Made by a program: the position numbers and the translations under genes. From NCBI GenBank assembly GCA_964036045.1, contig OZ038379.1, positions 17,794,001-17,858,000 on the forward strand: 64,000 bases of DNA, in the 5' to 3' direction. Origin of the DNA: Eutreptiella sp. 'Long Island Sound 2002'. Its lineage: Eukaryota > Protista > Euglenida. Positions 35,601-47,417 of the stretch are shown here, in pieces (positions within the stretch are counted from its first letter, which is position 1; each line of letters begins with the position of its first letter). The notes beneath the pieces are model-generated. The model was not told the DNA's origin. It saw nothing but the letters and a program-made list of their open reading frames with translations, and did no database searches.

Positions 35601-37867
35601 AGCTAAATCCACTAAGGAGAAAATTGCTGCTCGCAATGATCTTTTGCGGCGTCAGCCAGAAGGCAAGAGATGGCTTTATCAAATTGCCTCATCATGCTCA
35701 TCCCAAAATCCCATTCTCATTTTTTCTCCTAATTTGGGGTCAGCGTTAGCTCCAGGCCATCTCAGTATGACTTTTGGGTCCAGCCCGTTGAGGCCCAAAC
35801 TGCCCCCGCTCCCCACCCTGGAGTTAAACGGCCGCCCCTCCCATGCCACCTCCAAAGGACCAACATTGGTCAGCTCATCTATAGGAATGTTGCCCCTCCA
35901 CAGGGAGCGTCAGTTCCGCTGACTTGCTGCGGTTAGATTAGGAAGGCTGGGGATCGGAACCAAAAGAAGGGAGGGGAGCCTTTAGGGGGCACCACAACAT
36001 AAACCAATAGGCATATATGAAGAGCAGGGAGTGTGGCATCGTAAGGTGTGGTGTGGCAAATGCTAGTGTGTGTGGATCAGGGCGCAGAAAAGCGGCACTC
36101 CTTCAGCCAAACCTTGAATGCCGTGGGTTGTGCAAGGTGTGTGTGTTTGTCACTTTTTGCCCTAACCCTAACCCTAGGGCAAGAAAAACAATATGATCGC
36201 ACAATATGATAGTAGCAGCAGCAATTCGAACCGCCGCAGATGTGTGAATCATTGTTGTGCCCCCTCCCAAGGACAGTCCTGGGTAATGTGAAACCACATA
36301 GGTACCGTGCGTGGTGGGATGGATAAGTGCAGGGCTCTCAAAAGCCGGAGTCAAAACGAAACAGAACAGAACAGAACAGAACAAACACAACAGAACAGAA
36401 ACGGAAAAGAACAGAGCAGAACAAAACAGAACAGAACAAAACACAACTAAACACAATAGAACAGAACTAAACAAAACTAAACAGAAAGAAACACAACACA
36501 ACAGAACAGAACAGAACAAATCAGATAAGAACAAAACCGAACCAAACCGAACCACACCGAACCGAACCGAACAGAACAGAATAGGACGGAACGGAACAGA
36601 ACAAAACAGAACAGAACAGAACAGAGGTCCATTTTTATGGACCACCTACCCCAAATGTGTCGCTTGGAGGTTCTTATGTTTCACATTGATCAACAATTTG
36701 CGGCAGCAGATGGCAAAAAACACGATGCACCATTCTTGCGAAAGCCAAAGTGAAGGAGGCGGTTGTTACACAGGTTCTCATTGAAGATTGGACATTTCAT
36801 AACGGCCATGTGTGAATGTGCAACGATTTAATTTTGGTTCCGGAGTGCAGCTGACGAGTGGGGGCAGCATGCATGTTGTCACGTTCTTGCTTCCTACGAA
36901 ATACCATTTTTAGTTGTGCTGTGTGGGGATTGCATGACGTACTAGGCATCCTCTTGAAGAGTGCACTTCCCAAACACTTGCACACTTGCCGTCAAGAATT
37001 GCACCCACTCAACTTAAACATGCGTTGGGAGCTGGGTCGGGCTTGGGTTTGATTTGTGCGTTAAACAAGGTTAGTCTTCTGCGGGCTCCATTCACTCTTA
37101 TTCAGGTTAACAAGCAGCCCGATGCGAAAACGGCCGATCATCCTTGTCCACAATGTGGCGAACATGTCCGGAGCCGCTGGGTGAAGAATGAGGTGCATTG
37201 TTGGCAGCATGCGCCACAGCAAACACAAACAAGGAAGCGTGCACGCAAAGAAGATGATCAGGAGGATGATGCCAAATCCCCAAAAGTATTGTCTCGTTGC
37301 AATCAGGCATTGCTCGCTTTTTAGCAATTGAAACAAGGCTATTTCGTTGCATCACTTCATTGCAGCGTAGAACCGCAAGCTTTATGTTCTCCTCACCTAT
37401 GAAGCCGTTCGACCGTAACGATTTGGAGCACTGGGGGGCACAAGCACCAAATCATTTGGTAGTGATGGCGAAGTCCGACACAATGGCTGTGGTAGGGCTG
37501 GAGGTGTATTTCGACAGCCCTCCAAAGGGCAAGGTGGCAGGACTTGACCCAGTTGAGAATGTTCTTGCAAAGGTCTGCTTCATTAAGTATAAAGGACAAC
37601 TAGCAAGTATAGGTGCGAGAAAAGCGATGGCCGCATTTGCTGTTTCTGATAATGCCTATGCAATTCATGCAATTCAAAGTTGCAATCAAAGTGGCGTTTC
37701 TTGAGGTTGGTCCCTTTGTCGATGCCTTCTGGGAGACAGAGCAGCATGAGAGTACCAACCATTGGTCAATTACATTTCGGACAGCGCCTGCGCAAGAGAC
37801 CCTAAAAAAGTCTTGAACAAGCCCAGTCCGAGCATAGGACACCAATTGACAAATAGAAGTCAGGTAA
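32614..37867 (+). repeat. Segment B copy 2
   Basis: About 99% identical to copy 1 in a manual comparison of the first 2 kb or so. Confidence 0.97.
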
Positions 37868-38577
37868 GACAGGGCCGCCCCACCGCCCAGTGCCCCGGGG
37901 AGTCCGTCGCGCGCTCCCTTCTCCCCGAAGACGCCGCTTGCCTGGTCTACTGCGCCGGCATGTGTTGGCACGAGGTGGTGGTCCGCCCCTCCGCCGTGGC
38001 CGCTGCCCCCGGTACCCCCGGCGCCGCCTCCGGGCCCCGCAGCCGGCAACGATCCGCCGCGCGCGACGCCCCGGCGATGCCCCCGCCCCACAGCCCGGCC
38101 TCACGGTACCGGCCCAGCATGGGTCCGGCATTCCGCACCGCCTCGGGCGATGGGTCCGGCACGGGCACCGCCTCTCGCACCGGCTGCTCCGCCCAACCGC
38201 CCAACAGTCCCGCAACCGCTCCACAACCGCCGGTTGGGCCTCGCAAGCGGCCGGGGACTGCGATGACCGCCCACGCCGTCCCTGCGAAGCGCCCCCGCCC
38301 CAGCGACGGCGTGTCCCACGCCCCCGCCCGCCAGCAGACGTCCGTCGGGGGCCCCGGTCCGCTCGGTCCGGAGGTGAAGCACCAGCTGCTTCTCTCCGCG
38401 TTTCCGGAAAAGGGGGCCATTGTGTTGGAGCAGCTGCGACAGGGGCATGTGACGGGGGCTGTGTACATCTTCAAGACGCGGCTTCTTGCGGGTATGCGTG
38501 CCATGCGGTGGCGGGGCAGGGCTCAGGCTGCAGGTGTTTGTGGGGCCGGGGGAGGGGGGTTGAAGAGTCGCGGTTGA
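37762..38577 (+). CDS. Chimeric ORF spanning the B/A' junction (271 aa)
   Basis: B-derived ...PSPSIGHQLTNRSQ is joined in frame to A-derived RPTAQCPGESVARS... The equivalent in copy 1 has a TAG at 28352-28354. Confidence 0.4.
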   Translation: MVNYISDSACARDPKKVLNKPSPSIGHQLTNRSQVRQGRPTAQCPGESVARSLLPEDAACLVYCAGMCWHEVVVRPSAVAAAPGTPGAASGPRSRQRSAARDAPAMPPPHSPASRYRPSMGPAFRTASGDGSGTGTASRTGCSAQPPNSPATAPQPPVGPRKRPGTAMTAHAVPAKRPRPSDGVSHAPARQQTSVGGPGPLGPEVKHQLLLSAFPEKGAIVLEQLRQGHVTGAVYIFKTRLLAGMRAMRWRGRAQAAGVCGAGGGGLKSRG

Positions 38578-41500
38578 CGGGGCAAGAGGTTGCAGGGGGA
38601 TTCAACAACGCCTGCCAAAGCCCTTGATCGGGGTGAAAATGAAAGAAAAGAAGAAGCAAGGGTGTTGGTAGGATTTTCAGCCTGTCATTCCAGTCATGTG
38701 TGTTTTGCCTTGGAATTGGCCTGGGCTCCAAGGGTATTTCATTCGCAAGTCTTTGTGTGCGACTCTTTGCACCTTGCGTGTAGCCATGCTATGAAGTGGT
38801 TACGAAGCTTGGTGCCGGAGTGTATGGCCAAGTATGGTTGGTGAAGTGGGGTACCTCCATAGTGGCATTGAAGAAGATAGTTTGCGATTACTGGCAGAAG
38901 GGAACAATTGCATTAGTGGAGGTATGAGTTGCATCTTGGGTGTGCACATGTACGTTTGTGCAATGTGTGAGTGCTAAGAGGTTCGGTGTCGCTTTGTATC
39001 AGGCCCTGAAGGTGCCCACCATTCCTCTGGCTGCCACCAAAGTGGGCAGCTTGTTGACAATTTATGAATGCATCCGAGAATACAACCTGGAATGGCGCAC
39101 TAATTGCCTGTTCTTTTTTTTTGCGCCAACCAAGGTGTTTAGCTGTAACCTAAAGGATAGCAAGGGAAACTACAAAGCACTGTGCATTGGGTACTGCGCG
39201 TTGCTCATTGGCAGCAAGAGATGCCAAAAAGTTTGGACGGTTGGGTTGAGTATTAACCCTGGCAAATGATTCAACAAGGTGAGAGTGCATATCAAATGCG
39301 TTTCAATTTGACACCCGGGAGGTTGATTGAAAACCTCGTGCAGTCTTTATACCTTGTCGTTCTCCGCTCATCTTGTTCTTTCTGTTCCTCTCCCTCTTGT
39401 TTGCCCAAAGGCCAAGGCGCAGGCACTTTTGAAGTTGGAGCATCCTAATATCATTGGGTGCCACGGTTTTTTCCTGGAGCAAGTTTGCCAGTGACCGCTG
39501 TAGCAGCTCACTGTGCATCCAACCTGAACCTGAACCGAGCCCCTGGCCAACAACAACTTAGAAGCCCTATTCGAGGGCGCACAAAGGCAACGAATTTGTG
39601 TCGCTTGTGGTTTGTGATTCATTGAGAGTGCTGGTGTATTGTGCCATACATAAAAATTGAGCAAAAGTCTCTGTCATTCAAAAGTTAATCCATCATCACA
39701 ATCCTAGTGATAGCACTGAATAGCTAAGCTGCTGTTTGATATCCAAGAAGGATTGGGTAGGACCTATTCTTCCTTGTGGCTTTTGGGTTTGCGTATTTGG
39801 GGTGTGAAAATGAATACACGTGCAGTGGCTAGATGGTTGTTGAAAGCTGAGTGGTTGTTGGATACAAATGGGGAAGTAATAAACCGATAATCCGGGCCGT
39901 GGACCAATGCAAAAACATCCTGTTCCACATATTGGTCCACATTCTTCGGTGTCCTCACATACTGTTGTGTTTGTTTTTTGCTCTCCTGCGTTGTGCTTGT
40001 TTCGTGATTCAGGAAGCGGACAAGTGCAATTTGTGAGGGGGGGGGGACAAGGAGCGTAAACCCAGTGGCCAATAGGAAGGCCATGAATATCAAAAGGGCA
40101 ACATGGCAGGTGGAATTGAGGTCGTTGGCCGCATTTGGGGCCGGAACCAGCGGGTGCCCTAGCCTCAAAGGTCCTATAAGCTACAGTAGGGGGTACAGAG
40201 CAATTGTGCGATGGTCCAATGAAACATGGGATTGTGTCATTAATGGCTCGGAAGATCAACACCAACATTCAAATTACAAGGTCCGGAGCACCACCAGGGC
40301 CGAGGGAAAGTGCAGGGCTAGCGCCTTGAGCCACCACACAACTGTGTAGGACAATGTGCCTTTCCTGGAAAAATCTGAAAGACGTGCAGATGATGAGCCC
40401 AAAGGGCGACTTAACCCCTGCCGTCTCCGGGGCCCAAACATGGGTAGACTGACAAAACAACCCTACGTTGTTGGGGGTTCCCAGCACTTACAGCGGGGAC
40501 AAAATCAAGAGGGGCAACCTAACAATTGCCTTCTCGGGAGCCCGAATGCGGGTTGGATGGCTACATAACGCATGCCGTCTCGGGGTTGCATGACTTGCAT
40601 GCCGAAATCCCCCCCCCCCGCCCCGCCTCTCTCTCCCTCCACAATGACACAAATGAAGACCATGCATGCTACCATTAGACAAGCTACCATGCTAGCGGTA
40701 CTGCAACCCCAAACGTATGTAGTGACCCGCGAATTCACCAAAAGCTCCTGAAGGAGCATTGGAAGGAGAAGGTCGAGGAGGAGCAGAAGTTGCAGCAGCA
40801 GAAGAAGCCCGGGGATCAAGAGGATGCTCCTGATCGTTCAGCAGAGGGTCACGATGATGATGATTTTCTGAAGACAGATTTCTGAAGACCGCTTAGCTGC
40901 ACTGCCACCTGCACCATTGTGGCCTCTGTCTCCTCCCACTCGTGGTCAGCAACGCCCTCCACCATTTGGGCTGACTATGGCAGAGAGAGGAAAATGTATA
41001 CGAAGTGGTTTGACAACAAGCGGTACAGTGAAGGACACACAACGCCAAACACAACACATGCAACCCATTCTGCCACAAAGTGGTCCAAAGCAACTATCTA
41101 TCGCTGTACATTCGTTAATTGTGAAAATTCTCGTATCTCTGCCAATCCTGCCAAGGCACAAACTGCTTCTTAGATGTGTCATCGTTTGTCAAGAGAGATA
41201 TAATTCATGGACTGCCATGGGAGAATTCTAACAGTGCGTGCAAACTAAGCACCAAGGTTGTGAGACTGTTCTTCATGGTGGCCATTGGGCCTTTTTGCGA
41301 AGCATCAACGAGCAATGAACCGGTATTTATGCTAATCAGCGCATAGTTTGGAGTCGAACTTCTCAGTTTGCGTTCTTTGATTGCCGGGCGGCGCGCATGC
41401 AAGATGCCGACACACAATAGTGCATGCAATTAGAATTGAGGATGTGATCCTCGCAGGTTCAACATGTTTTCATATATTGAGGCCCCTTTTGTCGACAGTG

Positions 41501-42163
41501 CTATTGCCCAAAAATTTCACGTGCAGCGCACCACAACCCCTTGCACTTGGCCTACATTATAAGACAATTACGAAAAATGAAAAAAATTCTAATGCGCTAC
41601 GAGTGGTGCACATATCAGATCGTGCCTTTTACCGCCTTGAGACCCCCTGTGGGTGCCAAGTGGCAAAAAACGCGGATTTGGGCACAACATGGGTGTTGTC
41701 TGGGGCTCAAAATGACCCCAAGATGGGCATCGGAGCGTGCAGGCCCACCATTTCGCCGTTCATATCCGATGTATAAAGACACAAACTACGGGCCGAGTTG
41801 GCCCTCTTCCAGTTTCAGATAATCCAGGCCGTTCAAGCCTTGAGAGAGAAGCTAGCCGACCCCACACCAAAGCAACCCCCGCCCCCCCTATGGCTAAATA
41901 GGTTTATTGCACAGCCCCGACCACCACGGGAAACCGCACGGAACCTGCGTGACCTAGTAGGAGCACCAGTGCGGTACGTGGCACGGAACCGGAAGCGCAA
42001 GGCGGGGACGACAACAACTATAATAGTTGACGCTGAGCTATGGCTTCAAGCAGCACACGGTGCAAATGATGGGGAGGCGGTGACCTAGTTTACCAACATA
42101 CATGGGTCGCAAAAACAGTTACACGAGGAGTGCACATGAAAACGCAGACGCCTCAACAACCTA
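37870..42163 (+). repeat. A' copy 2
   Basis: Direct repeat of 28322-32614 with the same two junction sequences. Confidence 0.97.
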
Positions 42164-45100
42164 GCCCACCGGTGGAAGCACTTCCTCTCCTTCTGTGACA
42201 AACTGGCTGTACAGCCCGCCCACTGTGCGTTAGACACTTACCGACATGCCCAAATCACTGAAACCGCACTACAACACGTGAGGGGTTTTACCAGATTACC
42301 ATCTGTCGGTGGAAAACTTAAAAAAAGGAACACATAGAGACGCAGCATCGTACAATCGCATACACAGCACTGTGTCTGGAACATCGACAATGGTACGAAC
42401 AAGCAAAACACTACACCATGCAACATCATGCAAACTCAAAAACGTCCCTCCTCTCGCATGAGATGTTCACGCGTCTTTGCGCAGACACAACACTGCTCCT
42501 CACAGACCACAGTCGAAAAGCCCGTTACGCCTTGCTTGAACAAGGAGGTCTCATTCAATTGGCGCAAGACACACCAAAAGCATACCGACTAAAGACAGCC
42601 CTCTACTGGGACGTATCTCGAACGGGCAGGACAAGCAGTTTTCTTCGCACGAAAACGGACACGGGAGCGGTGGGACCCCACCTTGCGGGAAGTCCCGCTG
42701 CAGCCACTACCTAAACGACAAAAAGGGCACCGGGATCCAAACCAATGGGGAATGCCCCTAATATGACGACACCAACACCAACGGAAAACCATGGGGGCTC
42801 AACCATGGGGGAAGCCATGGCTCAGCCCGTATGTTCACCCTGGCACTGCCAATATCTGTACTTATCGGTGAACTTTGCCCTTCGCGGCACATGGCACATT
42901 CCGTACTGGCCTCTTTGAATAAAAAAAAAAGCTGCCCTTCTTTGGGGCGTTGTGACCCGTAGGTTGGCGCACTTACGGGACAAGTGGTGAAAATTTTTTG
43001 TCACCATTCCCTTGTAAGCCCCTGCCCCATGCCCCTTCCAATCACCGACGTTTGCTAAGGCAGCAGTTTGAGTTAATAGTGGCCACAAAGCTTATGCATT
43101 TTTTGCACATGTCTCCTTTTGTGTCATAGAGGTACCAATGCAGGGAGGAACCAATGCAATTTTCGGAAAGTTGCAAACACCCCACTTTACCCACGACATC
43201 ATCTTCCGTTGTCCCACCTTAGGGTCCAACCTCTCTGCAATAGACCCGCCAAGCTGCTCAACACTATTTCGAACCTCATTGCTAGCTACGTGTCCCAGAT
43301 CCTTCGACCTAGCCTCCGATGCTTTGCTCATGCATCAATCTCGGTGCCGCTGAAACATGTTGCAACACAGGCATGCTTGGGCCGAATTCGTGTTGTTTTT
43401 GACCATTCTCCCCTCTGTTTGAGCCTGTCTTCCGTGGTACCGACATGTTTTATGCATCACACTACTATCGGAGACGGCTCGACTTTAGGCTCATATGGGT
43501 TCCTTAGGTGGCAATGGCCAAACTGCTGTTGTCCAACCACTGGGGGCCTCTTGGCAAATGGAAACAATTTAGTAATTTGGTTTCATCGACACAAGGGTCA
43601 TCTTCATGGAGTCAATATGCATCGGTGCGTATCGGAAGCCGGCTTTTAACATCACAAAACCCAGCGGCATCGCACATGTACGTTCTCCAACTCCATCTTC
43701 TTCGGGAGCGGCGGCGCTGCGGGCAGACTGGCCGGCGTCGTAAAGGGGATGACAGAAGCGGCAGGGCCATGAGGGGGGCTGCTGAGGCCTCATGCCGAAG
43801 ATGAGGGCTTCGGGCAATGGATGGCCCCAGTGGATGGCGTTGACGTTGCTGCAGTCCACTGTACATGCTACACAAGAAAGAAAAGACGTTTCGGGGAGAT
43901 TCTTTCAAGAATGCAGCTTTCTTTCATCTTTTTTGCGCAAAATACCCCTCCGCCGCCAACCCTTGTTATTTAGTTATTCTAAAGACGCCATGACGTGTCC
44001 CCATGCATAGGCTGCTCAAATAAGCACGGGAAAGACTACTTTAAAGGCTTTCAAAGAACATCAAGCACAATGCATAGCTCTCTATTTGCTGTCTCAAGGT
44101 CGACTTTGGATTTTTTCCGTTGACGCTCCGTGGAAGTTTCAGATGACTCATTGCGACTCCTTTTGCTGCAACAAGGAGAGCCTCCCATGTGCACGGCAGC
44201 GGGACCAAACGTACACGTATTGTGGTTGTACATTGTCCTCGTCCATGCTTCTATCCATTGGACCGAAGAGGTCAAAGTTTGGATAAAGTTGGTGTTAATG
44301 TGTGTGGTGGTGACCAAACTCGCTTCAAACTATGTATGTGTGTGTGTATGCATGTCACATGCAAATTCCAAAAAAAAGCATCGAATGCCAAACCAGCTAA
44401 TGTGATAGTCTATGGATGTGTGGGTATTCTATTGCCTTCAACAAGGCATCTCGAAGAGAGAGGAGAGATGAGACGAGAACACAAGGGGAGTGTTCTCTTG
44501 GGTGCTATTATTGCCGTGGCTGCGCATTGTGGCTAAATTGGTGGTTTCTGCACAACAACTGAGAAATAAATCAATCGCAGAACATTTTATCAACATGGGG
44601 TATAAAAACACTCCATGGCATCGTCTAAGACTTCACTCCCCAGGTATGACTGATGATAGAGCCCGAGCCATTGAGTACAAGTCAGAAATCCCATACCAAC
44701 GACTCAGCACGATCTACAAAGATGATGATGGGTGGTATGCGGTGCAAGTGGACCCCACTGAAGTGGACAAGTTCAGAGTAGAGGTGTGTGTTCGCTGTTT
44801 TTGCTTGCTCACAAGTCCACGTGCCACGCAACAGGGACGCTTAGCACATCGCACCGCGGCATCAAATTGTGATAGAATACCACCGCATTGGTGCACACTG
44901 CACCGCAGGATTGTGTCCATTTTGTATGGGCTGGCGCAGTATGTTGTTTCCTTCTATCCCTAGGAGGCAGCCCTCTGTAATTCGATCTAGTGAGGCATTC
45001 CGGAGGGAGGTAGCAAAATGAGATGCTCTGTTTCATAGTGGTAAGTTTTATCCACCATGGCGTGTTGTCTGATTGGGCCTCTATTCACCCCACGGTGCAA

Positions 45101-47417
45101 GCCGCAAAATTTAAGCCAACATAACAACCGCCTGATTGCGGTGCTGCACTAGCTAAATCCACTAAGGAGAAAATTGCTGCTCGCAATGATCTTTTTAGGC
45201 GTCAGCCAGAAGGCAAGAGATGGCTTTTCCAAATTGCCTCATCATGCTCATCCCAAAATCCCATTCTCATTTTTTCTCCTAATTTGGGGTCCGCGTTAGC
45301 TCCAGGCCATCTCAGTATGACTTTTGGGTCCAGCCCGTTGAGGCCCAAACTGCCCCCGCTCCCCACCCCGGAGTTAAACGGCCGCCCCTCCCATGCCACC
45401 TCCAAAGGACCAACATTGGTCAGCTCATCTATAGGAATGTTGCCCCTCCACAGGGAGCGTCAGTTCCGCTGACTTGCTGCGGTTAGATTAGGAAGGCTGG
45501 GGATCGGAACCAAAAGAAGGGAGGGGAGCCTTTAGGGGGCACCACAACATAAACCAATAGGCATATATGAAGAGCAGGGAGTGTGGCATCGTAAGGTGTG
45601 GTGTGGCAAATGCTAGTGTGTGTGGATCAGGGCGCAGAAAAGCGGCACTCCTTCGGCCAAACCTTGAATGCTGTGGGTTGTGCAAGGTGTGTGTGTTTGT
45701 CACTTTTTGCCCTAACCCTAACCCTAGGGCAAGAAAAACAATATGATCGCACAATATGATATTAGCAGCAGCAATTCGAACCGCCGCAGATGTGTGAATC
45801 ATTGTTGTGCCCCCTCCCAAGGACAGTCCTGGGTAATGTGAAACCACATAGGTACCGTGCGTGGTGGGATGGATAAGTGCAGGGCTCTCAAAAGCCGGAG
45901 TCAAAACGAAACAGAACATAACAGAACAGAACAAACACAACAGAACACAAACGGAAAAGAACAGAGCAGAACAAAACAGAACAGAACAAAACACAACTAA
46001 ACACAATAGAACAGAACTAAACAAAACTAAACAGAAAGAAACACAACACAGCAGAACAGAACAGAACAAATCAGATAAGAACAAAACCGAACCAAACCGA
46101 ACCACACCGAACCGAACCGAACAGAACAGAATAGAACGGAACAGAACAGAACAGAACAAAACAGAACAGAACAGAGGTCCATTTTTATGGACCACCTACC
46201 CCAAATGTGTCGCTTGGAGGTTCTTATGTTTCACATTGATCAACAATTTGCGGCAGCAGATGGCAAAAAACAGGATGCACCATTCTTGCGAAAGCCAAAG
46301 TGAAGGAGGCGGTTGTTACACAGGTTCTCATTGAAGATTGGACATTTCATAACGGCCATGTGTGAATGTGCAACGATTTAATTTTGGTTCCGGAGTGCAG
46401 CTGACGAGTGGGGGCAGCATGCATGTTGTCACGTTCTTGCTTCCTACGAAATACCATTTTTAGTTGTGCTGTGTGGGGATTGCATGACGTACTAGGCATC
46501 CTCTTGAAGAGTGCACTTCCCAAACACTTGCACACTTGCCGTCAAGAATTGCACCCACTCAACTTAAACATGCGTTGGGAGCTGGGTCGGGCTTGGGTTT
46601 GATTTGTGCGTTAAACAAGGTTAGTCTTCTGCGGGCTCCATTCACTCTTATTCAGGTTAACAAGCAGCCCGATGCGAAAACGGCCGATCATCCTTGTCCA
46701 CAATGTGGCAAACATGTCCGGAGCCGCTGGGTGAAGAATGAGGTGCATTGTTGGCAGCATGCGCCACAGCAAACACAAACAAGGAAGCGTGAACGCAAAG
46801 AAGATGATCAGGAGGATGATGCCAAATCCCCAAAAGTATTGTCTCGTTGCAATCAGGCATTGCTCGCTTTTTAGCAATTGAAACAAGGCTATTTCGTTGC
46901 ATCACTTCATTGCAGCATAGAAACGCAAGCTTTATGTTCTCCTCACCTATGAAGCCGTTCGACCGTAACGATTTGGAGCACTGGGGGGCACAAGCACCAA
47001 ATCATTTGGTAGTGATGGCGAAGTCCGACACAATGGCTGTGGTAGGGCTGGAGGTGTATTTCGACAGCCCTCCAAAGGGCAAGGTGGCAGGACTTGACCC
47101 AGTTGAGAATGTTCTTGCAAAGGTCTGCTTCATTAAGTATAAAGGACAACTAGCAAGTATAGGTGCGAGAAAAGCGATGGCCGCATTTGCTGTTTCCGAT
47201 AATGCCTATGCAATTCATGCAATTCAAAGTTGCAATCAAAGTGGCGTTTCTTGAGCTTGGTCCCTTTGTCGATGCCTTCTGGGAGACAGAGCAGCATGAG
47301 AGTACCAACCATTGGTCAATTACATTTCGGACAGCGCCTGCGCAAGGGACCCTAAAAAAGTCTTGGACAAGCCCAGTCCGAGCATAGGACACCAATTGAC
47401 AAATAGAAGTCAGGTAA
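42163..47417 (+). repeat. Segment B copy 3, running into unique sequence
   Basis: Matches B up to ...GAAGTCAGGTAA, then continues CTTGTTATC instead of GACAG. Confidence 0.97.

Noticed and set aside
23066-47417. Tandem giant LTR retrotransposon with B as a 5-kb LTR
   Set aside because: B has no TG/CA ends, PBS, PPT or target-site duplication (flanks CTGAACGG and CTTGTT). A' has no gag or pol motifs and is an inverted copy of nearby gene-like DNA.
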